The notes beneath the pieces were generated by a model. It had not been told where the DNA came from. It worked only from the letters and a program-made list of their open reading frames with translations, and did no database searches. Positions 1 through 7,971 of a DNA stretch of 44,036 bases are shown one piece after another. The first letter of the stretch is position 1, and each line of letters opens with the position of its first letter. The DNA is from a virus (taxonomy: Duplodnaviria > Caudoviricetes), in IMG/VR virus record IMGVR_UViG_3300049143_000040, positions 1 through 44,036 of that record, one strand, 5' to 3'. The position numbers and the translations under genes are program-made.

Positions 1-448
1 AGTAGAGCAGGTGCTCGCCCTCGACCGGATCGACCTTCGTGCCGCGCACGCCTGTCCAAGGGCGCCAGATCCCGGCGAAGGCGGCTAAGGGGCGCTCCTT
101 GGACAGGGCGAACCAGATCGGTGTCTTACGGGGCTTGGTGTCCTTGTACTCGCTGAAGCTGGTAAGCGGCACGAGGCAGCGGTACTGCGGCTTGAGCCAG
201 GCCCTCCAGAACGGAGAAGATACATTCCGGACATTCGTGACCGGCTGAGCGCCGACCTTCGGCGGGGGCGGAAACCCCCACCTCATCTGGATCAGCTCGC
301 GCTCGCCGTCGTGCATCCTAACCACCGGCGCCATCTGGTCCGGGAAGATCCCGGTCAGGGGAGGGACGTTGCCGGACCGGTCGCGCTTGGCTGCGAAGGC
401 CATTGCCATGGACGCTTGAGTGGCGAAGTTGCTATAGAGATTACACAC
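1..448 (-). CDS. SOS response-associated peptidase (SRAP/YedK-HMCES family), truncated by window start
   Basis: My translation from GTG at 448: MCNLYSNFATQASMAMAFAAKRDRSGNVPPLTGIFPDQMAPVVR...MRWGFPPP...TNVRN...RCLVPLTSFSEY...FAGIW. Cys2 and the WG, N-x-R and RCLVP motifs are SRAP hallmarks. Absent from the ORF track. Confidence 0.9.
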   Translation of the reverse strand, partial: MCNLYSNFATQASMAMAFAAKRDRSGNVPPLTGIFPDQMAPVVRMHDGERELIQMRWGFPPPPKVGAQPVTNVRNVSSPFWRAWLKPQYRCLVPLTSFSEYKDTKPRKTPIWFALSKERPLAAFAGIWRPWTGVRGTKVDPVEGEHLLY

Positions 449-672
449 CGACCATTTCCCGTCCTAATTCCGCAGATTAGCCCTTAACTGCGACGGCGGT
501 GCGCTTTCTCAAGTTTTTGAATGATCTACTTCCTCTTGCTTGAAGATCTGGATTCCCCAATCCGGTCGGTCCCGACATGGACCCGCACTTCAATGCGAGA
601 TAAACTCACGCAATAGCGCAGGCACGCCAACAGGGGAGGGTGACACTCCCCAGCAGCTTTAGGGGGCAGTAG

Positions 673-978
673 ATGTTCACGTTCATAGCTCAATTCTTCC
701 TTGGGGAACCGCCGCCGCAGCAGCAAAACTATCACGTTGGAGCGATCTACCACTCTCCAAACCTGCACGCCTTTTTCATGTTCGGCCTCATTTTGCTCTG
801 CATGTGCTTGGCTCCGGCAGTAATGGCCCTCTGGAAGTCTCATCGACAGGGATGGGCAGTTGGGATCGGACTGACCCTTGTCATCGGAGCCGCCATTGCA
901 TCGGGCGGCGTTTATGCCAGCGGGTACTCGGAGGCAAAATACCCACGCCTGCAAGCGAAGTTAGTAAAGAACCTCTGA
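673..978 (+). CDS. small two-TM membrane protein (accessory)
   Basis: Two hydrophobic stretches; G-rich RBS-like sequence upstream. Confidence 0.55.
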   Translation: MFTFIAQFFLGEPPPQQQNYHVGAIYHSPNLHAFFMFGLILLCMCLAPAVMALWKSHRQGWAVGIGLTLVIGAAIASGGVYASGYSEAKYPRLQAKLVKNL

Positions 979-985
979 CATTCGC

Positions 986-1186
986 CTACCAGAGGAAGCG
1001 GGCGGGGCTATATGGATCCCAGGACAAGTTGAAGAGGTAGCCGAACACCAAAGCGAGTAAGCCGATGTTCAGGAGGGCGAGCGCGAGCAGGATGATCCGT
1101 GTCCGTCTCTCAAATCCGAATAGGCTGAACTGAGCGACTTCCAGCGTCTTGGCTTGATCCTGTTCGTCCTGACGCTCATCGTTCAT
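986..1186 (-). CDS. small single-TM membrane protein
   Basis: MNDERQ... with hydrophobic IILLALALLNIGLLALVFGYLF; GGAG upstream of ATG 1186. Confidence 0.55.
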   Translation of the reverse strand: MNDERQDEQDQAKTLEVAQFSLFGFERRTRIILLALALLNIGLLALVFGYLFNLSWDPYSPARFLW

Positions 1187-1322
1187 GGGCGATCTCCGAA
1201 CTTGCCTAGTTCTACCATCCTGACGCGTGCGGCAGAAGATCATCCAGAATCTCCGAGGTCGGCCTTACTGAGGCGGCTGCCTCCTTCCGAGCACTCGATA
1301 CTCTGAGAATTAGGAAGCTCCA

Positions 1323-1523
1323 ATGGTCCAGTTGTATGCCCCCGCAGCTGTTGGGTTTTTGCTCATCTCGCTCGGACCTGCCTTAGCAGAACCCGGACCT
1401 CGGGATAGACCGTGCATGGTGAGAGAACGACGTGTTGACGACGAATGCCGACCCCTAACGCAAGGCTCCGGTGGTCGACGAGACCACGGCAATACTGGCA
1501 ATCGAGGAGATGCCGGCTGGTAG
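1323..1523 (+). CDS. small secreted protein
   Basis: Signal-peptide-like N-terminus ending PALA; AGGAAG upstream. Confidence 0.45.
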   Translation: MVQLYAPAAVGFLLISLGPALAEPGPRDRPCMVRERRVDDECRPLTQGSGGRRDHGNTGNRGDAGW

Positions 1524-1550
1524 TGGCGCCCTTCATTACGACTCGAGTCG

Positions 1551-1591
1551 GCCTGTGAGCTCGGATGTTGCGGTGGTGTCGCGGGAGTAGG
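1551..1591. repeat. 41-bp imperfect direct repeat, copy A
   Basis: GCCTGTGAGCTCGGATGTTGCGGTGGTGTCGCGGGAGTAGG; 5 mismatches to copy C. Confidence 0.85.
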
Positions 1592-1617
1592 GCATGGCAA
1601 GCGCACCGCTCTGGTTA

Positions 1618-2193
1618 TCAGGGCTGCACGGACGCGCGGCTGTCTCTGATTGCTCTCAGCGTGTTGGCTTCAAGCCGTCCAGTCACGGGAAGACCCTGCC
1701 TTTGCTGGAAGGCCTCAATGGCTCGGCGTGTCCCGGGTCCGAATACACCGTCCGCCTTCAAAGGCCCGTATCCTAGCCTTGTAAGCTCCTCTTGTGCGTT
1801 GCTGATGTCATCCTTCGAGATAGGAAGGCTGCCTACAACGGAAGGTTCGGGTGTTGCGGCAGGGATTGGTGCTTGAGAGGTCGCTCTCGAGGGCTGAGGG
1901 CGCATCGTATCAATCTCACCGCTGATTCTAGCTCGAAGATACTCAAGATGCTTTAGTTCTTGAGTGGCAGCGGCGATCTGCTTTTGGACGTGCTCTAGAT
2001 CCCGATTCCCATCTTTGAAGCGGTCGAGTTCTGCCGCAAGAGCATCTCGCTCCGAACCGGCTGTTTCGGCTGCTTGAGACAGCTGTAAGATCTTGCTCTG
2101 TGCATCAGCCTCGGGCGATCGAGGGCCGAAAACCGCGAAGCCGTACAAACCCCATCCTGCTAGGGCCAAAGCAATTGTCAGACGGTTCAACAC
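1618..2193 (-). CDS. membrane-anchored coiled-coil protein with C-terminal peptidoglycan-binding domain (PG_binding_1)
   Basis: N-terminal hydrophobic anchor; C-terminal QEELTRLGY...ADGVFGPGTRRAIEAFQQRQGLPVTG. Confidence 0.85.
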   Translation of the reverse strand: MLNRLTIALALAGWGLYGFAVFGPRSPEADAQSKILQLSQAAETAGSERDALAAELDRFKDGNRDLEHVQKQIAAATQELKHLEYLRARISGEIDTMRPQPSRATSQAPIPAATPEPSVVGSLPISKDDISNAQEELTRLGYGPLKADGVFGPGTRRAIEAFQQRQGLPVTGRLEANTLRAIRDSRASVQP

Positions 2194-2331
2194 AGCATAC
2201 CCCAGTTCTGTCCTACTTCTTTTATCCCGCTCATATGGGATGCTGAGGGTATGGCATGAAGGGGTGAAGAGAGGGTTGAAGCTAGCGTAACGAGTGCAGC
2301 AGGGGTTCTCAACGTGAGGACAAGTCTCAGC

Positions 2332-2415
2332 TTACTGGAAGATGACCCACACGACGATTGCGAGAGGAGCCACTGTGCCGAGTACGAAGGAAAGTGCGTT
2401 CTGTGTCATGACCAT
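2332..2415 (-). CDS. 27-aa hydrophobic peptide
   Basis: MVMTQNALSFVLGTVAPLAIVVWVIFQ, AAGGA upstream; below the ORF-track cutoff. Confidence 0.4.
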   Translation of the reverse strand: MVMTQNALSFVLGTVAPLAIVVWVIFQ

Positions 2416-2519
2416 CGTCCTTGATGATCATTTATCGCATATCAAAGCCTGACCTTTCTGTGAGAGTACGCACACTTTCTCTTGCACACTTGCTCTCAGA
2501 CCGGTTGCTAACGAGGTTG

Positions 2520-2560
2520 GCCGGTAAGCTCGGAGAAGGCGGTGGGATCGCAGGAGTGAG
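2520..2560. repeat. 41-bp imperfect direct repeat, copy B
   Basis: GCCGGTAAGCTCGGAGAAGGCGGTGGGATCGCAGGAGTGAG; 7 mismatches to copy C. Confidence 0.8.
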
Positions 2561-2727
2561 TTATGTGTCCCTCTTGTACGGATACTGTAATTTTCCGGTT
2601 GATCAGAGCTGTTGGCCGGCTGTGATGCATCTCACAGCTCAGTCCTTGTGAAGTAGGTCAGAGTGACCGTTCGCCGTCGGAGAACATCCTCGGCGGAAGC
2701 GAGCAGACCTTCTGGAAAGGACATCTC

Positions 2728-3063
2728 ATGAGCGGCTACAATCTACTTTACGAATCGGGCAGCAAAGAAATGCCGTCCGGCGGGGGAGCACCTGCAATTG
2801 CTGTGGGAGAACCCAATCCGGGAGCACCGATACCGGTGGAACCGAACGGCGGCCCTGGCGGAGATGCGGGCCCGCTATACGGCGGAAATCCGTGGTCGCA
2901 CCTGTTGGACGATCTCTCATCGTGGTTCCCGATGGGTAACGACCCTGGCGGCGAAGAGCCTCCGTTTTGTGGGACACCCCCTGGTTCGGGAGACGATCCC
3001 TACATCATCCCGGGTTACGGCGAAGCCCCCTCTGGCCCCAACGACCCCCTGGACTGCTGGTAA
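2728..3063 (+). CDS. Gly/Pro/acidic low-complexity hypothetical protein
   Basis: Strong RBS GGAAAGGA upstream; 111-aa open frame. Confidence 0.6.
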   Translation: MSGYNLLYESGSKEMPSGGGAPAIAVGEPNPGAPIPVEPNGGPGGDAGPLYGGNPWSHLLDDLSSWFPMGNDPGGEEPPFCGTPPGSGDDPYIIPGYGEAPSGPNDPLDCW

Positions 3064-3131
3064 GCCACTCTCCGAGCGTCGCGGGTCAAAATCCTGCGAC
3101 GCTCAGCCGTTGGGTTTCCGCGCAATTCCTC

Positions 3132-3172
3132 GCCGGTGAGCTCGGAGATGGCGGTGGAGTCGCGGGAGTAGG
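3132..3172. repeat. 41-bp imperfect direct repeat, copy C (5' end of a minus-strand ORF MSAYSRDSTAISELTG)
   Basis: GCCGGTGAGCTCGGAGATGGCGGTGGAGTCGCGGGAGTAGG. Confidence 0.85.
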
Positions 3173-3346
3173 CGCTCATGGGAGCTGCTTGGTCAGAGCA
3201 GACACATTGCACGTGTCGCAGTAGATATCGACCGTTCCATACCAGCTCGGCTTAGCGACTGAGTGGAACCCCTTTTATCCTTCGCCTCCCGTTGCCACAG
3301 GGCTCTGAAGCGACGGAGGCGCTCGATCTCGTCCTTGATCCAGTCG

Positions 3347-3628
3347 TCAAGCGTCATGGCCAGGCTTTCCGGTTACGACAGGGGCGGAGAGGGCGGCGTC
3401 GATCATGCCTTGGTATGCCGAATATGCCGCTGGATAGCTGCCAATGCTTACGGCAAGAGCCTCGATCATGACATAAGTCGGCTCCCGCGTGGCCTCGATG
3501 GCGGCTCTGGCGCGCCCTCTGTAGTTCTCCTTGATATCTTCAGCCTCCTGATCCCAGCGGGCATTTGATCTGTTACGATAGCCATGCCGGTAGAGCGCAC
3601 TCGCCACCTTCTCGATCATCTCAGACAT
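3347..3628 (-). CDS. phage hypothetical protein (resembles 43029-43343)
   Basis: MSEMIEKVASAL...ARAAIEATREPT...YQGMIDAAL; GGAGG RBS. Confidence 0.7.
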   Translation of the reverse strand: MSEMIEKVASALYRHGYRNRSNARWDQEAEDIKENYRGRARAAIEATREPTYVMIEALAVSIGSYPAAYSAYQGMIDAALSAPVVTGKPGHDA

Positions 3629-3869
3629 CGCCCGTCCTCCCAGCCATGAGAGGGGTGGGGAGGGTGCGCCAATGGGTTGGGCCGTAGCCATTTGCCTCGC
3701 ACCATGTGAAGGCGCCGCCCGGATCTTCCCAGATGCCGCTGTCATTCGAGAACAGTGGGTTAAATCCCGAGGGATTCCAGAGCATGGTGAATTGCCCGGC
3801 GTCCTCCGCCATGACCTCAATCATGGTCCCGTCGCGGGGCGCAGTCGTGATAGGGCGCCAATCGCTCAT
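3621..3869 (-). CDS. phage DUF551-like protein
   Basis: MSDWRPITTAPRDGT...PTHWRTLP motif; GGGAGG RBS. Confidence 0.75.
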   Translation of the reverse strand: MSDWRPITTAPRDGTMIEVMAEDAGQFTMLWNPSGFNPLFSNDSGIWEDPGGAFTWCEANGYGPTHWRTLPTPLMAGRTGDV

Positions 3870-3971
3870 GCCGTCCTCCCGTGGCCGAGAGGGGTGGAAA
3901 CTGACGCAGCGTGATATCTGAGAACGGATCGGGAAAAGGCTCCACCGATTTTCCACGAGTCCACGCGGCAT

Positions 3972-3986
3972 GTTCGCGTCACGTTC
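3972..3986. promoter_or_regulatory. GTTC-N7-GTTC motif (LexA box or Xis site) in the left flank
   Basis: GTTCGCGTCACGTTC. Confidence 0.5.
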
Positions 3987-4062
3987 CGTCGTGACTTGCC
4001 AATATAGAACCTGCGGGAGCTGGCCCTGCTATGGGCCGAAAGCCTTGAAAAATAAGGCTTTG

Positions 4063-4114
4063 TGGCTGGTGCTGCCAGAGAGGATCGAACTCTCGACCTC
4101 TCCCTTACCAAGGG
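4063..4114. repeat. att core, left copy (3' part of tRNA-Thr)
   Basis: 52 bp identical to 43591-43642. Confidence 0.97.
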
Positions 4115-4129
4115 CGCGGATTAGGTTCT

Positions 4130-5413
4130 TCAAGCCTTTGATCCGCCTGACTTATTTGGCGTGTCAGTTCCGTCGCGTGTCTTAAACGTGCCCAAATCGT
4201 CGAATTCCGTGACGAGCGCGCGCCGGCGTTCCGGCACGTCATGCACATAACCCATGACCGAACGGTGATCGTCCCAGCCACCCTGCTCCATGGTGCCGCG
4301 GAGATCCTTGTGGGCCATCCGGGTTGCCATGAGATGTCGGAACCAGTGTTGCGTGACCCGGCGCAGCAGGCGAGCGTCATTGCGGGCGGCTAGAAGGGTC
4401 TCCAGTGCCGCGGCTCGATGCCCTGCGGCTCTCTGTCGGCGAGCCTCTGAAAAGGCATCCGCCAGCAGACCACGCCGGGCTCTCCTTTTGGCTGCGTTGA
4501 AAGCCGTCTTGTTCTGACCACCCCAAGCCTTGCCATTATCGGTATAGGGTTGCTTTTTATAGGTCAGGAACAGCGGCGCCTCCCGGTCGTGCAGGTTCCC
4601 TCTCCACTGGACATATTCCATGAGGATCGCCGCAGCTGTCGGGCTAAGGGCTGCCGACACGTCTTTACCATTCTTCGTATTCCGGTAGGTGATCTGTTCC
4701 CGTCCCGTGGCGAGGATGAGGTCGGCCACCCGGGCCCCATAGAGGATGGACGAGACGCGGCCGCCCGTTGACCACTCTGCGGCGAGCTGGGCCCTGACGG
4801 TGATATGGCAGGCATTGAACAGCCGCCAGATCAGATCCGCCCTAAGATCCTCCACCCGCCGCCTGGCCCTCCTGACCGGATTGCGGGCCTTCTTGTCTCT
4901 GACGAACTTCGGAACCTCCTGTAGGCCATGATGCTCCGCGGCAAACCGCAGGAAGGCGACCACACCATTCAGGAAGCGTTCTCGGGTTGCAGCCTTGTTC
5001 CCCTTCTGGCGAGTATCTACCCAGGTCAGCCAATCCTTCCGCGGAACTTCGTTCAGACGCCGGGGCCCGAACTTCTTGGTGAGTTCCTGGATGATCCTGA
5101 TGGCCGACGGAGCCAGTGGACGTTCCCGGGGCGCGGTCAGGTAAGCCCGGGCCGCTATTGCAACGGCATCACCTTTCCGCTTTTGGCCGGTGGCTTCTGC
5201 CGTGACGTCGTCCTTGATCCCATCAATGAGGGCCTCGGCTTCGTCCTGCGTTGCGGAGTTAGCGGGAAGTCCAAGACTTCGGCGCACACGGATTGTACGT
5301 CCTGCGGCGCGCACGGTCCCGTGTACGTGCCAGTAGCCGTCCCGCTCCGTGAGGTGGAGCCCGCGAGCACGCCGCCCCGGCCGCTTTCCCTTTCGATTGC
5401 GAGTTTCAGACAT
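4130..5413 (-). CDS. int: tyrosine recombinase (phage integrase)
   Basis: Catalytic R (GGRVSS), K (TKNG), HxxR (HWFRH), GGW and Y (VMGYVH); ends 15 bp from the att core. Confidence 0.92.
   Translation of the reverse strand: MSETRNRKGKRPGRRARGLHLTERDGYWHVHGTVRAAGRTIRVRRSLGLPANSATQDEAEALIDGIKDDVTAEATGQKRKGDAVAIAARAYLTAPRERPLAPSAIRIIQELTKKFGPRRLNEVPRKDWLTWVDTRQKGNKAATRERFLNGVVAFLRFAAEHHGLQEVPKFVRDKKARNPVRRARRRVEDLRADLIWRLFNACHITVRAQLAAEWSTGGRVSSILYGARVADLILATGREQITYRNTKNGKDVSAALSPTAAAILMEYVQWRGNLHDREAPLFLTYKKQPYTDNGKAWGGQNKTAFNAAKRRARRGLLADAFSEARRQRAAGHRAAALETLLAARNDARLLRRVTQHWFRHLMATRMAHKDLRGTMEQGGWDDHRSVMGYVHDVPERRRALVTEFDDLGTFKTRDGTDTPNKSGGSKA
4175..4192. promoter_or_regulatory. putative integrase arm-type site
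   Basis: GCGTGTCTTAAACGTGCC; 17/18 match to 43481-43498 on the other arm of the reconstituted attP. Confidence 0.65.
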
Positions 5414-5595
5414 TGGAAGCCCTCTTCGGTCCAGAAGCGCTTCCGACCGCGGCGAACATGAAATTGAAATCTTTGGTCATCGACGGCCCTATGCACATCC
5501 GAGGCTAGGATCGTCTCAAGCGTGCGCAAGCTCAAGCGCAGTCTTTGGGCGACCTCTGCGGCGACGAACTCCTGGGGTGATGTCATCGCGAGCAT
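5155..5595 (-). CDS. excisionase-like HTH protein overlapping the int 5' end
   Basis: AAEVAQRLRLSLRTL HTH plus wing RRGRKRFW; position directly upstream of int. Confidence 0.65.
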   Translation of the reverse strand: MLAMTSPQEFVAAEVAQRLRLSLRTLETILASDVHRAVDDQRFQFHVRRGRKRFWTEEGFQCLKLAIERESGRGGVLAGSTSRSGTATGTYTGPCAPQDVQSVCAEVLDFPLTPQRRTKPRPSLMGSRTTSRQKPPAKSGKVMPLQ

Positions 5596-6050
5596 CCTCT
5601 CCTGATCCAGCGATCAAGCCGCCCTTCCTTTCGGAACCACTCCCCTTGCAGCCGGTATTCGTGGAACCTGCGGTGGAGGCCAGCCTCATCCGAACGCTTA
5701 CCAACTAGAAGCGCATAGGTGATCAGGGGCTCTGGGGCGCCTGTGCGTAGGGTATCAAGCCTCTTATCAGGCTCCCGCCTCGTATAGCCGATCTTCACAT
5801 AGGGTCCGAAGCCAGCCACATAGACGTAGCCATATCCCTCTACCGCTGCCGGAGTGACCGCTCCTGGCCTCATGGCCTTAAGGCACTGGAGGGTAGTGAA
5901 CGTCTTCCCTCCGATCTCCCAAGCCTCCAGCCGGCCCTCAATCACGGCGCGACGTACATCCGCCGTCGTCAACCCGCCATCTGGGAACGCCAGTGCAATG
6001 GTGTTCGGCAGGTGAAGGTGGGTTTCATCCGTGATCCTGCTCAGATCCAT
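5583..6050 (-). CDS. Xis-like HTH fused to a T5orf172/MUG113 (GIY-YIG-like) domain
   Basis: N-terminal LAFPDGG...GRLEAWEIGGKTFTT; C-terminal GYVYV...VKIGYT...RL..L...E..LH..F...GEWF. Confidence 0.75.
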   Translation of the reverse strand: MDLSRITDETHLHLPNTIALAFPDGGLTTADVRRAVIEGRLEAWEIGGKTFTTLQCLKAMRPGAVTPAAVEGYGYVYVAGFGPYVKIGYTRREPDKRLDTLRTGAPEPLITYALLVGKRSDEAGLHRRFHEYRLQGEWFRKEGRLDRWIRRGCSR

Positions 6051-6093
6051 GACCTCTTCCTTTGCTGCGCTCTGAGGATTGGTGTTCAAGGGG

Positions 6094-6264
6094 TTAGTGG
6101 TAGCGGTGCCTCGACCAGATCGGGCGCTTCGGGTGCACTACGACCATAATCGGGACCTTGCGACCGACGCTTGCAGCCAACTTGCGGTCGAAGGCTGCCG
6201 TCTCCCTAGAGAGCCAGGCCGTCACCAGACCATCCGCGTAGACGTTGTAGAAGTACGGTCTCAT
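6094..6264 (-). CDS. 56-aa phage hypothetical protein
   Basis: MRPYFYNVYADGLV...; fills the gap in the tightly packed leftward operon. Confidence 0.55.
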   Translation of the reverse strand: MRPYFYNVYADGLVTAWLSRETAAFDRKLAASVGRKVPIMVVVHPKRPIWSRHRYH

Positions 6265-6267
6265 CCC

Positions 6268-6474
6268 TTAGTCCTCCGTCTTGGAGGGGGAGGGGGGGAG
6301 AGGGAACCAATACCGAAGGTTATTCGCCATGCGCTTGAGGTCGGCATCGACGCCCGGGGACATTAGGGCCAGATAATACTGATAGCCTGACCAAACCTCG
6401 GGGAAGCCGTCCTTGTCTAAGCCGACCCAATGACCGTCCCTCGGAGCGGTGTTGATCGCCTGCCATTCACTCAT
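6268..6474 (-). CDS. DUF551-like phage protein
   Basis: EWQAINTAPRDG...YWFPLPPSP. Confidence 0.7.
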   Translation of the reverse strand: MSEWQAINTAPRDGHWVGLDKDGFPEVWSGYQYYLALMSPGVDADLKRMANNLRYWFPLPPSPSKTED

Positions 6475-7295
6475 ACCCCGGTCTCCTTCTCTTGTAGGGG
6501 ATTGGATGGGGTGCCCTCCGAAGCCTCTAATGAGGCTTCTCGGGAAAGCTCGTTTCCAGCCATTGGCTCGCCGCTATGTGGCGCAGGAAGAGGCATCCAA
6601 TGGGTTGTTCGCCACATGCTGCCGTTCAGGCCCGGCTCCGGCTTCCACGAACCGGCATCGCAAATATGCCTCTCGTCATCGATGTAGGCAGGATGTGTTG
6701 TCGGCTTCCAATTCAGAAATGACTCGTTGGCCTCGGTTGGAACAACAGTCACAAGCACGGTTTCATCTCTCGGCGCTGTGCTTATGTCCTGCCACTCAGG
6801 CAGCGCGACATCGCGACCGGCCTGTCCAGCCATTGAGCTTTCCTGAGGAGCCGAAGGCGACGGAAGGCACATATCCACTCCCCTTACAGGGGCAGGGATG
6901 GAGAGGAGGGCTCTGACATAGTTGACGGCGGCGACGATGAAAGCCGCGTTGGCCTCCTGCTGTGCCACGTACTCAGCCCTGCACCCTGGATAGTCTTCAT
7001 GCACATGGTTGGCTGAGACGCTGATTTCGCACACGGGGCTTGGGCCCGCGATATGAATGAGGGTACGTGCCTTCTCAGCGGCCCATGGCCCCGGTGTGGC
7101 CTTCGCGCTCAACTCCGCAAGCGCCGCCCCTCTCTCCGGTATGGAATGAGCGAGGAGGGCGGCATTCGCCATATGCCAGATGTGCCGCATGTCGCGCTTG
7201 AGGTCGTCCAGGGTATCGGTCTCGCCGACCGGCATAGTTGCCCGTTTGCGAATGCGCTCCAGCGCCTCTCTCAAGTCTTTCATGGGTTCAGTCAT
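6471..7295 (-). CDS. mosaic phage early protein (Ead/Ea22-like plus DUF551-like)
   Basis: KATPGPW...ANAAFIVAAVN and WQDISTAPRD...THWMPLP segments. Confidence 0.7.
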   Translation of the reverse strand: MTEPMKDLREALERIRKRATMPVGETDTLDDLKRDMRHIWHMANAALLAHSIPERGAALAELSAKATPGPWAAEKARTLIHIAGPSPVCEISVSANHVHEDYPGCRAEYVAQQEANAAFIVAAVNYVRALLSIPAPVRGVDMCLPSPSAPQESSMAGQAGRDVALPEWQDISTAPRDETVLVTVVPTEANESFLNWKPTTHPAYIDDERHICDAGSWKPEPGLNGSMWRTTHWMPLPAPHSGEPMAGNELSREASLEASEGTPSNPLQEKETGV

Positions 7296-7971
7296 TGTCG
7301 CTTCCTTGTGTGGAGAGGGCAGCTCGGGAAGCCACGAGAGCCTTCAAGACGTTCAAGGCGCTCTCGCCATAGTTGGCTAGGATCGCGATGGCATGGTCGC
7401 CCTTGGCTCCGTCGATTGCGGCATCGAACGTTGCTGTCAGGCGGCGCGCACGATCAACGATAGCGCGGTCCTCCTCCAGCGCCTTGGTCATCTGCTGAAG
7501 GCGGGCCTCTGCGGCGTCTGCTCGATCAGCCTTGGCGCATGTCTCCTCCCACACTCGGTCGAAAGTGACGTTGATGTGATAGCCGCGCGACCGCTTGGCT
7601 TCATCAAGCCAATGCCTCCTGTTGCGGGCCGTGTCCTCTAGGCTCTCGACCTGATCGGCCAATCGGAAGCATCGGGCCTGTGCCTCATCCCGCTCCCTCG
7701 TCAGTCTCTCGACTTCTGAGCGGAGGCCGTCACGCTCGCGTGTGAGTTCGCCAGTCAATGCGTGGTCAAGAACCTCCTCCAGTTCCTTTACTCTGGTGGA
7801 GAGAGAGGTGATGGCAGAGGCGGCCTCGTATGCCGTCATATCCTGGTAGTGGCTTGCAAGGCGCTCTAGCCTCTCCACCAGCCCTGTATACTCGGTGGGG
7901 GAAGGATTGTCTTTGTGACCTCCTTCCTCACTTGCGCTCGTCATCGGGGAAGTGGTGTTTTCGGTTGTCAT
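7288..7971 (-). CDS. coiled-coil phage early protein
   Basis: LVERL...EAASAITSL..RV.ELE pattern; overlapping start/stop codons with neighbours. Confidence 0.65.
   Translation of the reverse strand: MTTENTTSPMTSASEEGGHKDNPSPTEYTGLVERLERLASHYQDMTAYEAASAITSLSTRVKELEEVLDHALTGELTRERDGLRSEVERLTRERDEAQARCFRLADQVESLEDTARNRRHWLDEAKRSRGYHINVTFDRVWEETCAKADRADAAEARLQQMTKALEEDRAIVDRARRLTATFDAAIDGAKGDHAIAILANYGESALNVLKALVASRAALSTQGSDND

Noticed and set aside
2728-3063. RiPP precursor
   Set aside because: No modifying enzymes, transporter or recognisable leader nearby.
1551-3172. integron attC sites
   Set aside because: The repeats are not palindromic, lack RYYYAAC/GTTRRRY ends and vary like coding sequence.
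4063-4114. second tRNA gene
   Set aside because: Only the 3' part is present; the D arm and 5' acceptor strand are missing.
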